Assembly (NCBI RefSeq): GCF_020745735.1 | Contig: NW_026867509.1 | Span: 868,001-932,000, forward strand | Direction: 5' to 3' | DNA length: 64,000 bases | Origin: Hemiscyllium ocellatum | Lineage: Eukaryota | Part shown: positions 12,751-24,172 of the stretch, in pieces | Position numbering within the stretch: the first letter of the stretch is position 1 | Layout of the letters: the number at the start of each line of letters is the position of its first letter | Notes under the pieces: generated by a model | Databases searched by the model: none | Told to the model about the DNA's origin: nothing | The model's input: only the letters and a program-made list of their open reading frames with translations | Position numbers and translations under genes: made by a program

Positions 12751-12756
12751 AATAAA
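12751..12756 (+). terminator. Candidate polyadenylation signal of the intact GPCR
   Basis: AATAAA ~160 nt after the stop codon; an AATAAA is present at the equivalent place (~58922) in the paralogue. Confidence 0.45.
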
Positions 12757-14672
12757 AAGCAGCCGAAGTAGTGTTTTTATGGATGTGAGGCGAAATTGTC
12801 TTCTTTGCCTCTGATGACTGCATTATAGTTCTAGTGGTCTCGGCTAAGTCATTTAATATTCATCTATTTTGCTGCTTCCCTCCTTCCCTCTCAGTTGCCA
12901 TTCTATTCTTCCTTCCTCCTTCTCCATCATTCGTGTTTCAGGATTATTGCATCTATTTATTTGAATCGCACACGTTGCCTTTTACTTTGACATAGACCCG
13001 ATGAACAGCTCATTACACCCTAAAAAATGTTCTCGACAGTTTTCATGTTCTCACTGCATCATACAATCCATGCCTCTCCTGTTAAATCTCAGATTTACTT
13101 TTTGCAGCTCCAGAGATCTCGGCGTCTCCATCCCGTCCCAGCCTCTACACAGCAAACCTTGACATGCAGACATATATCCTGGACCTAAAGTCAAACGTAA
13201 CTCTCGTTCCTTTAACCACAAGAAATTCAAGGTTATTTTCATGATTTCCTAACATTGCGTTTTGATCAATATTCTAAAAAGCAAACAGAAACGATGCTTT
13301 GCTTGTACTACAGACAATTAACACATCTGCCAGGTCCTGATTGTTATTCCTCTCCTTTCCCTGTGTGAATATTGTGAATGGACTAAGGACACAATCTGGT
13401 GGTGGTTTTGGAAAATTAAGTCTAAATGTTTAATCAAATAAATTTAATGTTTCTGCTTTTTTTTTGCAATGAAACCGATATTATCATGAGGACAAACAAT
13501 TGCTCCTCAATTTCAACGATTGAGGACATCTACATTGTTATTTATCTGTTTTTAATCAGACTAATAATTTAATTTTTTTTAAAAATGTGTGTCATACATT
13601 CTTCGGAAGTGAACGTCTCCACCAAAGTTTCTTGCGTATTATTCATGCTGTAATAGGGCTAGGATTTCTAGAAGTTTCAATATTCATGCAAATGAAAATG
13701 AAATGCAACAGGTGAATTGAACACGTTCCTTTAATTTACCATGTTCTGATCGTTGAGAGCACGGGTAAGTGGAGCTGAGTCCACAAAACAAATCAACAAT
13801 TAGCTTATTATAAGGCGGAGCAGGCTTAAAGCGTCGAAGCCCCTATTCCTGCTCTTAATTCTAGTGTTCCTATCACAGTCAACTGGAACACGCAGTTTTC
13901 TGATGAAGAGTCACCGGCCTCAAAATTCTTACTCTGCTTTCTCCCAACAGCTGCTGCCAGATCTCCTGAGTTGCGCCAGCAACTTGAGTTTAGTTTCAGA
14001 TCTTCAGCATGCACAGCACGTTATTTTATTGTTATGGTACAGACAATAATATGAAATACCAATTAACGATTGTTCTGATATAATGTTTGAAAGTTCTATC
14101 CAGGAAGTGGACTTTGACAAAACACTTTTTTGTTTGCATATCTCGATGAGTTGGCAATTTACACGACTTTAATCTTTCCTGTGGTGTATCTATATGCTGC
14201 ACAGTACAGTTTTTTCAACACTTAACACCGACAGGTCGGCGTTATTCTGGACCTGCAAATCGACAACGTGACATTTTGGAACTGTTATCATGAAGATGCA
14301 ATGGCAGTACACAACAACCCACAATGTGGAGGTTGTTTCAGTGTCTCATTATTAGAATTTTGTGACAGGTCATTGTATCTCAAACAGGATACTACAGTTC
14401 CCTGTTTTGCCTGAAGATTTTGCTGGATCAAAACGAGTCCCTGAATTTTCTATCGCACGTCATTCCTAAAACAATAAAACGTTTTGGAACACCATGAAGG
14501 ATGCAAAATAAATTAGTTGTTTTCTGTTCTCGAAATTGACGGCATTCCTTTCAATAATAGATTTATACCAATTAAAGTGTTGTGTCCGAATGATAAGTAT
14601 CAGCTATCACCTTGAACTCCGGAACCACATTAGATCCACTCCTGATCTCAATGTTTGCCTAGACGCTCCGAG

Positions 14673-14711
14673 AGTTTTTGTACACGGTCAGCCAAGTTCT
14701 GAGTCTCTGTG
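14673..14711 (-). other. Recombination signal sequence (23-RSS) of V2
   Basis: CACAGAG (14711-14705), 23-nt spacer ACTCAGAACTTGGCTGACCGTGT, ACAAAAACT (14681-14673), after YYCALS. Heptamer and nonamer are identical to those of V1. Confidence 0.97.
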
Positions 14712-15519
14712 GGACTCAGTGCGCAGTAATACACTGCAGTGTCTGTGAGTACTGTTTTCAAAACCTTCAGCTGCATAGTGCGGTTCACATGGTCAAAGTC
14801 CCAGGAGAGCTTGTCTGGTAGAAAACTCGTTTTCTGGCTATATTGGTTAATCTGCAGCAGAACATTCATGGACCCGTTGGAAGGTTAACGGTACCAGAAC
14901 AGAGCAGGATTGCTGTTTATTGTAGAGTACTGACAGAACAACAGGGCATCATCACCCTCGTTTACTGTGATTTCAGGCGGAGTTTGTGCGACAGAATCGC
15001 CATGACAAAGTCCTGTAAGAGCCAAGAATTAAAGAAATTTAATGAGGTACTTCAACATTCTTATCTCATATACTCAGCCAGTTTACCTTCATCAACAACC
15101 CGAGAAAGAAAAAAATCAGGGAATTTGGACTGGGATCAATTTCATATTAGGAGATCATTCCCCATTTCATCTCCCACAACGTGAAAGGAAAACTGAAATA
15201 TATTGGTGAATATAAAACACTCCGTTCTGTCGAATTATCTCAATGGCCTCGGTCCTGCCTGAATTTGCCGTCTAACTATTCCACTGCCATTCACTCACGT
15301 AAATTTGCTAATTTCTCTCGAAATCTGCTCATTGTTGGGGAAAGCTTAGATCTGAATAGTTTTATTTAGGAGAATGTATTCTTACTTCTGCATCACTCAA
15401 ATTGATCGAGTAAACGTAAGTCCCAGCAAAGAGCTGACACACATAAGTAGACAAGCTTTCAACGTACCAGTGAGAAGACCTATAGTTCAGAGGAGTAAAC
15501 AAAGAGCTCCAGGTAACAT
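14712..15519 (-). pseudogene. TCR alpha/delta-type V pseudogene V2: complement(15468..15519, 14712..15012)
   Basis: Leader MLPGALCLLL*TIGLLT-G (TGA at 15489-15487), donor GTACGT, acceptor TCTTACAG. V exon LCHGDSVAQTPPEITVNEGDDALLFCQYSTINSNPALFWYR*PSNGS...DTAVYYCALS (TAA at 14887-14885). No frameshifts. Confidence 0.93.
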
Positions 15520-15616
15520 GTTTGCAGAGAATTTGCGATGAATGTGAGCAGAACTGGCTGACGCTAAAATGGGTTTCATCAAGAGTAGGGTAATTGAGGT
15601 TGAGTAATTTCCGGAT
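15520..15616 (-). promoter_or_regulatory. V2 proximal promoter block with ETS site
   Basis: TTGAGTAATTTCCGGAT at 15600-15616 is homologous to V1 4506-4522. Confidence 0.55.
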
Positions 15617-15732
15617 CTCTCCTCGTTGGATCATTGTTGCTCAAGGCATCACATGATAGCCAATGAGCTACAGGCTCCCTTATTACTCAATTCCGCCATT
15701 CAGCTTCAAGCTCTTTTGAGCTCCACTTCATA

Positions 15733-18700
15733 TTATAGAACATAGAACATAGAAAGATACAGCGCAGTACAGGCCCTTCGGCCCTCGATGTTGCGCCGAC
15801 CGAATCCTACCTAACCTACACGAGCCCAATAACTTCCAAATGCCTATCCAATGCCCGCTTAAATGACCATAAAGAAGGAGAGTTCACCACTGCTACTGGC
15901 AGGGCATTCCATGAACTCACAACCCGCTGTGTAAAGAATCTACCCCTAACATCTGTCCTATACCTACCACCCCTTAATTTAAAGCTGTGTCCCCTAGTAA
16001 CACCTGACTCCATTAGCGGTAAAAGGTTCTCAGTGTCGACCCTATCTAAACCCCTAATCATCTTATACACCTCTATCAAATCTCCCCTAAACCTTCTCTT
16101 CTCCAATGAGAACAGCCCCAAGTGCCTCAGCCTTTCCTCATAAGATTTTCCTACCATTCCAGGCAACATCCTGGTAAACCTCCTCTGCACTCGTTCCAAT
16201 GCCTCCACATCCTTCCTATAGTATGGCGACCAAAACTGCACACAATACTCCAGATGAGGCCGCACCAGAGTCTTATACAGTTGCAACATGACCTCAGGAC
16301 TCCGGAACTCAATTCCTCTACCAATAAAGCCCAGTACACCATATGCCTTCCTCACAGCACTATTTACCTGGGTGGCAACTTTCAGAGATCTGTGTACATG
16401 GACACCAAGATCCCTCTGCTCATCCACACTACCAAATAGCCTACCATTAGCCCAGTAATCCATCTTCTTGTTACTCCTACCAAAGTGAATGACTTCACAC
16501 TTAGCTACATTGAATTCCATTTGCCACATTTCTGCCCAGCTCTGCAACTTATCTATATCCCGCTGTAACCTACCACTTCCTTCCTCACTATCCACAACTC
16601 CACCGACTTTTGTGTCATCCGCAAACTTGCTTACCCAGCTTTCAAGCCCTTCCTCTAGATCATTTATAAAGATAACAAAAAGCAATGGTCCCAAAACAGA
16701 TCCTTGTGGTACACCGCTAGTAACTGCACTCCAAGATGAACATAGTCCATCAACTACTACCCTCTGTCTCCTTCCAGCCAGCCAATTCCTAATCCAAACC
16801 TCTAATGTATCCTCAATGCCATACCTCCGTAGTTTTAGCATTAGCCTACCATGGGGAACCTCATCGAACGCCTTACTAAAATCCATATACACAACATCTA
16901 CTGCTTTACCCTCGTCCACTTCCTTAGTCACCTTCTCAAAGAACTCAATAAGGTTTGTGAGGCACGACCTGCCCTTCACAAAACCATGCTGGCTATCCTT
17001 GATCACGTTATTCCTATCCAGATGTTCATAAATCTTATCCCTTACCATTCTCTCTAAGACTTTGCCCACCACTGAAGTCAGACTCACTGGCCTATACTTA
17101 CTAGGGCTATCCCTACTCCCTTTCTTGAACAAGGGGACCACATTCGCTATCCTCCAGTCCTCTGGTACTATTCCCGTTGACAATGACGATATAAAAATCC
17201 AGGTCAATGGCTCTGCTATCTCCTCCCTAGCTTCCCATAGGATCCTAAGGTAAATGCCATCAGGCCCAGGAGACTTATCTATTTTCATCCTCTCCAATAT
17301 TCCCAGAACCTCTTCCCTGCATATTTCCAGGCCATCCATTCTAATCATTTGTGACTCCATATTCACATCAGCAACAGTGTCCTGTTCCTGAGTGAATACT
17401 GATGAAAAGTATTGATTTAGTGTCTCTCCAATCTCCTCCGCCTCCACACACAACTTCCCACTACTATCCTTGACTGGACCGATACCTACCCTAGTCATCC
17501 TTTTATTCCTGACATACCTATAGAAAGCCTTTGGGTTTTCCCTAATCCTACCAGCTAAAGACTTTTCATGTCCCCTTCTCGCTTCTCTTAGCTCTCTCTT
17601 TACATCCTTCCTGGCTACCTTATAACTCTCTATCGCCCCAACCGAACCTTCACGCCTCATCTTTACATATGCCGCCTTCTTCCTTTCGCAAGGGATTCCA
17701 ATTCCTTACTAAACCACGGCTGCCTCACAAGGCCCTTTACACCATGCCTGACTGGTACATATTTATCGAGGACACGTAGTAGCTGCTCCTTGAACAATCC
17801 CCACATCTCATTAGTGTTCTTCTCTTGAAGCCTGTTTTTCCAGTCCACACATCCTAAGTCATGCCTCACTGCCTCATAATGTCCCTGCCCCCAGCTATAA
17901 CTCTTGCCCTGCGGCGCACACTTATCCCTCTCCATCACTAAAGTAAAAGTCACCGAGTTGTGGTCACTGTCACTGAAGTGCTCACCTACCTCCAAGTCTA
18001 ACACCTGGCCTGGTTCATTACCTAGAACCAAGTCCAGTATAGCCTCACCTCTTGTTGGCCTGTCTACATATTGTGTCAGGAAACCCTCCTGCACACATTG
18101 GACAAACACCGACCCATCTAATGAACTCGAGCTATAGCTCTCCCAGTCAATATCTGGGAAGTTAAAGTCCCCATAACAACCACCCGACTACCTTCACTCT
18201 TTTCCTGAATCATCCTCGCAATATTATCCTCTACTTCTCTAGGACTATTAGGAGGCCTGTAGAAAACACCTAACAGGGTGACCTCACCTTTCCTATTTCT
18301 AACCTCAGCCCAAACTACCTCAGATTGCAAGTCCTCTTCCATCGTCCATTCCACTGCTGTAATACTATCTTTGACAAGTAATGCCACACCTCCCCCTTTT
18401 TTACCCCCATGTCTGATCCTACTAAAACATTTAAACCCTGGAACCTGCAACAGCCATTCTTGTCCCTGTTCTACCCACGTCTCTGTAATGGCCACAACAT
18501 CGAAGTCCCAGGTACTAACCCACGCTGCAAGTTCACCTACCTTATTTCTTATACTTCTGGCATTGAAGTATACACACTTCAATCCACCCTTCTGTTTACA
18601 GGCACCCTCCTTTGAGATCGCTGCATTATTCATAACCTCCCTACACTCAAGGTCCTGTACCCTAAAGCTACAGTCCAGGTTCCCATGCCCCGGCGGAGTT

Positions 18701-19583
18701 AGTTTAAACCCTCCCAAAGAGCACTAGCAAACCTCCCCCCAAGGATACTGGTGCCCCTCAGGTTCAGGTGTAGACCATCCTTTTTATAGAGGTCCCACCT
18801 TCCCCAGAAAGAACCCCAGTTGTCCAGAAACCGGAATCCCTCCCTCCTGCACCATCCCTGTAGCCACGCATTTAACTGCTGTCTCTCCCTATTCCTCGAC
18901 TCTCTATCACGTGGCACGGGTAACAAACCAGAGACTACAACTCTGTTTGTTCTAACTCTGAGCTTCCAACCTAGCTCCCTGAAAGCCTGTCTGACATCCT
19001 CACCCCTCTTCCTACCTATATCGTTGGTGCCAACGTGGACCACGATCTGGGGCTGATCCCCCTCCCCCTTAAGGACCCGGAAAACACGATCAGCGACATC
19101 ACGTAACCTTGCACCTGGGAGGCAACATACCAAACGTAAGTCACTTTCGCCCCCACAAAACCGTCTGTCTGTACCTCTCACTATCGAGTCCCCAAGAACT
19201 ATCGCTCTACCTTTCACCACCCTTCCCTTCTGAGCAACGGGGCCAGGCTCCGTGCCAGAGGCCTGAACCTCGTTGCTTGCCCCTGGTAAGTCATCCCCCC
19301 CACAAGTATCCAAAACGGTATACTTGTTCTTGAGGGGAATGACCGCAGGGGGTCCCTGCACTGGCTTCCTCCTCCCACTCCCCCTCACTGTCACCCATCT
19401 ATCTTGAACTTTCGGAGTAACTACTTCCCTAAAGCTCTGATCTATGACCCTCTCTGCCTCCCGAATGATCCGCAGTTCAACCAAATCCAGCTCCAGTTCC
19501 CTAACACGGGCTTGGAGGAGCTGGAGATGGGTGCACTTCTTGCAAGTGTACTCAGCAGGGACGCTAATGGCTTCCCTTCCCTC
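15733..19583 (-). mobile_element. Young 5'-truncated CR1 LINE, left arm of the palindrome (ORF1 esterase remnant open; ORF2 with two 1-bp deletions)
   Basis: ORF1 EGREAISVPAEYTCKKC...GDSIVRG...VHVGTND...DGLHLN (SGNH esterase). ORF2 has EN (VYFNARSIRNK) and RT (QGSVLGPLLF, SKFADDTK), with frameshifts at ~18149 and ~17682; (TAGAACA)n tail at 15735-15755. Confidence 0.98.
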
Positions 19584-22500
19584 GCCATTAGCGTCCCTGC
19601 TGAGTACACTTGCAAGAAGTGCACCCATCTCCAGCTCCTCCAAGCCCGTGTTAGGGAACTGGAGCTGGATTTGGATGAACTGCGGATCATTCGGGAGGCA
19701 GAGAGGGTCATAGATCAGAGCTTTAGGGAAGTAGTTACTCCGAAAGTTCAAGATAGATGGGTGACAGTGAGGGGGAGTGGGAGGAGGAAGCCAGTGCAGG
19801 GACCCCCTGCGGTCATTCCCCTCAAGAACAAGTATACCGTTTTGGATACTTGTGGGGGGGATGACTAACCAGGGGCAAGCAACGAGGTTCAGGCCTCTGG
19901 CACGGAGCCTGGCCCCGTTGCTCAGAGGGAAGGGTGGTGAAAGGTAGAGCGATAGTTCTTGGGGACTCGATAGTGAGGGGTACAGACAGACGGTTTTGTG
20001 GGGGCGAAAGTGACTCACGTTTGGTATGTTGCCTCCCAGGTGCAAGGTTACGTGATGTCGCTGATCGTGTTTTCCGGGTCCTTAAGGGGGAGGGGGATCA
20101 GCCCCAGATCGTGGTCCACGTTGGCACCAACGATATAGGTAGGAAGAGGGGTGAGGATGTCAGACAGGCTTTCAGGGAGCTAGGTTGGAAGCTCAGAGTT
20201 AGAACAAACAGAGTTGTAGTCTCTGGTTTGTTACCCGTGCCACGTGATAGAGAGTCGAGGAATAGGGAGAGACAGCAGTTAAATGCGTGGCTACAGGGAT
20301 GGTGCAGGAGGGAGGGATTCCGGTTTCTGGACAACTGGGGTTCTTTCTGGGGAAGGTGGGACCTCTATAAAAAGGATGGTCTACACCTGAACCTGAGGGG
20401 CACCAGTATCCTTGGGGGGAGGTTTGCTAGTGCTCTTTGGGAGGGTTTAAACTAACTCCGCCGGGGCATGGGAACCTGGACTGTAGCTTTAGGGTACAGG
20501 ACCTTGAGTGTAGGGAGGTTATGAATAATGCAGCGATCTCAAAGGAGGGTGCCTGTAAACAGAAGGGTGGATTGACGTGTGTATACTTCAATGCCAGAAG
20601 TATAAGAAATAAGGTAGGTGAACTTGCAGCGTGGGTTGGTACCTGGGACTTCGATGTTGTGGCCATTACAGAGACGTGGGTAGAACAGGGACAAGAATGG
20701 CTGTTGCAGGTTCCAGGGTTTAAATGTTTTAGTAGGATCAGACATGGGGGTAAAAAAGGGGGAGGTGTGGCATTACTTGTCAAAGATAGTATTACAGCAG
20801 TGGAATGGACGATGGAAGAGGACTTGCCATCTGAGGTAGTTTGGGCTGAGGTTAGAAATAGGAAAGGTGAGGTCACCCTGTTAGGTGTTTTCTACAGGTC
20901 TCCTAATAGTCCTAGAGAAGTAGAGGATAATATTGCGAGGATGATTCAGAAAAAGAGTGAAGGTAGTCGGGTGGTTGTTATGGGGGACTTTAACTTCCCA
21001 GATATTGACTGGGAGAGCTATAGCTCGAGTTCATTAGATGGGTCGGTGTTTGTCCAATGTGTGCAGGAGGGTGTCCTGACACAATATGTAGACAGGCCAA
21101 CAAGAGGTGAGGCTATACTGGACTTGGTTCTAGGTAATGAACCAGGCCAGGTGTTAGACTTGGAGGTAGGTGAGCACTTCGGTGACAGTGACCACAACTC
21201 GGTGACTTTTACTTTAGTGATGGAGAGGGATAAGTGTGCGCCGCAGGGCAAGAGTTATAGCTGGGGGTAGGGAAATTATGAGGCAGTGAGGCATGACTTA
21301 GGATGTGTGGACTGGAAAAACAGGCTTCAAGAGAAGAACACTAATGAGATGTGGGGATTGTTCAAGGAGCAGCTACTACGCGTCCTCGATAAATATGTAC
21401 CAGTCAGGCATGGTGTAAAGGGCCTTGTGAGGCAGCCGTGGTTTAGTAAGGAATTGGAATCCCTTGCGAAAGGGAAGAAGGCGGCATATGTAAAGATGAG
21501 GCGTGAAGGTTCGGTTGGGGCGATAGAGAGTTATAAGGTAGCCAGGAAGGATGTAATGAGAGAGCTAAGAGAAGCGAGAAGGGGACATGAAAAGTCTTTA
21601 GCTGGTAGGATTAGGGAAAACCCAAAGGCTTTCTATAGGTATGTCAGGAATAAAAGGATGACTGGGGTCGGTATCGGTCCAGTCAAGGATAGTAGTGGGA
21701 AGTTGTGTGTGGAGGCGGAGGAGATTGGAGAGACACTAAATCAATACTTTTCATCAGTATTCACTCAGGAACAGGACACTGTTGCTGATGTGAATATGGA
21801 GTCACAAATGATTAGAATGGATGGCCTGGAAATATGCAGGGAAGAGGTTCTGGGAATATTGGAGAGGATGAAAATAGATAAGTCTCCTGGGCCTGATGGC
21901 ATTTTCCTTAGGATCCTATGGGAAGCTAGGGAGGAGATAGCAGAGCCATTGACCTGGATTTTTATATTGTCATTGTCAACGGGATTAGTACCAGAGGACT
22001 GGAGGATAGCGAATGTGGTCCCCTTGTTCAAGAAAGGGAGTAGGGATAGCCCTAGTAAGTATAGGTCAGTGAGTCTGACTTCAGAGGTGGGCAAAGTCTT
22101 AGAGAGAATGGTAAGGGATAAGATTTATGAACATCTGGATAGGAATAACGTGATCAAGGATAGCCAGCATGGTTTTGTGAAGGGCAGGTCGTGCCTCACA
22201 AACCTTATTGAGTTCTTTGAGAAGGTGACTAAGGAAGTGGACGAGGGTAAAGCAGTAGATGTTGTGTATATGGATTTTAGTAAGGCGTTCGATAAGGTTC
22301 CCCATGGTAGGCTAATGCTAAAACTACGGAGGTATGGCATTGAGGATACATTAGAGGTTTGGATTAGGAATTGGCTGGCTGGAAGGAGACAGAGGGTAGT
22401 AGTTGATGGACTATGTTCATCTTGGAGTGCAGTTACTAGCGGTGTACCACAAGGATCTGTTTTGGGACCATTGCTTTTTGTTATCTTTATAAATGATCTA

Positions 22501-23423
22501 GAGGAAGGGCTTGAAAGCTGGGTAAGCAAGTTTGCGGATGACACAAAAGTCGGTGGAGTTGTGGATAGTGAGGAAGGAAGTGGTAGGTTACAGCTGGATA
22601 TAGATAAGTTGCAGAGCTGGGCAGAAATGTGGCAAATGGAATTCAATGTAGCTAAGTGTGAAGTCATTCACTTTGGTAGGAGTAACAAGAAGATGGATTA
22701 CTGGGCTAATGGTAGGCTATTAGGTAGTGTGGATGAGCAGAGGGATCTTGGTGTCCATGTACACAGATCTCTGAAAGTTGCCACCCAGGTAAATAGTGCT
22801 GTGAGGAAGGCATATGGTGTACTGGGCTTTATTGGTAGAGGAATTGAGTTCCGGAGTCCTGAGGTCATGTTGCAACTGTATAAGACTCTGGTGCGGCCTC
22901 ATCTGGAGTATTGTGTGCAGTTTTGGTCGCCATACTATAGGAAGGATGTGGAGGCATTGGAACGAGTGCAGAGGAGGTTTACCAGGATGTTGCCTGGAAT
23001 GGTAGGAAAATCTTATGAGGAAAGGCTGAGGCACTTGGGGCTGTTCTCATTGGAGAAGAGAAGGTTTAGGGGAGATTTGATAGAGGTGTATAAGAAGATT
23101 AGGGGTTTAGATAGGGTCGACACTGAGAACCTTTTACTGCTAATGGAGTCAGGTGTTACGAGGGGACACAGCTTTAAATTAAGGGGTGGTAGGAACTTGA
23201 CAGATGTTAGGGGTAGATTCTTTACACAGCGGGTTGTGAGTTCATGGAATGCCCTGCCAGTAGCAGTGGTGAACTCTCCTTCTTTATGGTCATTTAAGCG
23301 GGCATTGGATAGGCATTTGGAAGTTATTGGGCTAGTGTAGATTAGCTAGGATTCGGTCGGCGCAACATCGAGGGCCGAAGGGCCTGTACTGCGCTGTAGC
23401 TTTCTATGTTCTATGTTCTATAA
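19584..23423 (+). mobile_element. Young 5'-truncated CR1 LINE, right arm of the palindrome (ORF1 with stop and frameshift; ORF2 with a single TAG)
   Basis: Mirror image of the left arm. ORF1 has TAA at 19866-19868 and a -1 deletion at ~19926; ORF2 20437-23340 is interrupted only by TAG at 21268-21270; tail (TTCTATG)n ends at 23423. Confidence 0.98.
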
Positions 23424-24172
23424 AAGGTAGGTGAGTTCTGAAACTACCATTTTGTGCTGGTATTTACGATAGAGAAGGAACTAGTGGAGTCTGAATTTAC
23501 AATTCAAGTTACTATTAAAAAGGAAGACATGTTGTGTGCCTTAAAAATATCATTAAGTTAGATAGGTCCTCAGGTTCTCATCGGATCTAAGCCAGAAACT
23601 TGAGGGAGGCAAATAAGCAAATTGTTGAAGCATTGACAGACATTTTTATATCATGTTGGCTATAGGTGAAGTCCCAGAGTAGTGCAGAACGTTTAATGTT
23701 GTCCCGTTGTTTAAGAAGAGTAGCAGGGATAATCCAGGAAATTACAGGCCTGTGAACCTCAGGTCAGTGGCACGGACATTATTGGAAAACATTCTCAGGG
23801 AGAAGATCTGTACGTATTCAGAGGCAATTGGACTTGTTAGTGATGCACAGCACGGTTTTGTGCAGGGACGATTTAGCCCCACTAACTTGTTTGAGTTATT
23901 TGAGGAGGAAATTAAGATGACTGATGAAAGAAATGTGTTGATGTTGTCGACAGGGACGTAAGTAAAATATTTCACTCACACGCTCATGACAGACTGGTGT
24001 CAAACGTTGAAGTCACACGGCATCAGAATGAGCTGGAAGATGGTCACAGAACTGGCTTAGTAATAGGAGACAGATGGTAGTAGTGGAAGGCTGTTTTTCT
24101 GAATGGAGGTTTGTGACTAGTGATGCTCCACATGGATCATTGCAGGGACCTTTGCTGATCGTGGTCTACATA

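Noticed and set aside
18699-20045. 448-aa minus-strand ORF crossing the palindrome centre
   Set aside because: It is antisense right-arm sequence running through the junction into left-arm ORF1; a geometric product of the palindrome with no true ATG at its start.
16122-23034. Many 60-180 aa ORFs antisense to CR1 ORF2
   Set aside because: Shadow frames of the LINE coding sequence, duplicated in mirror image.
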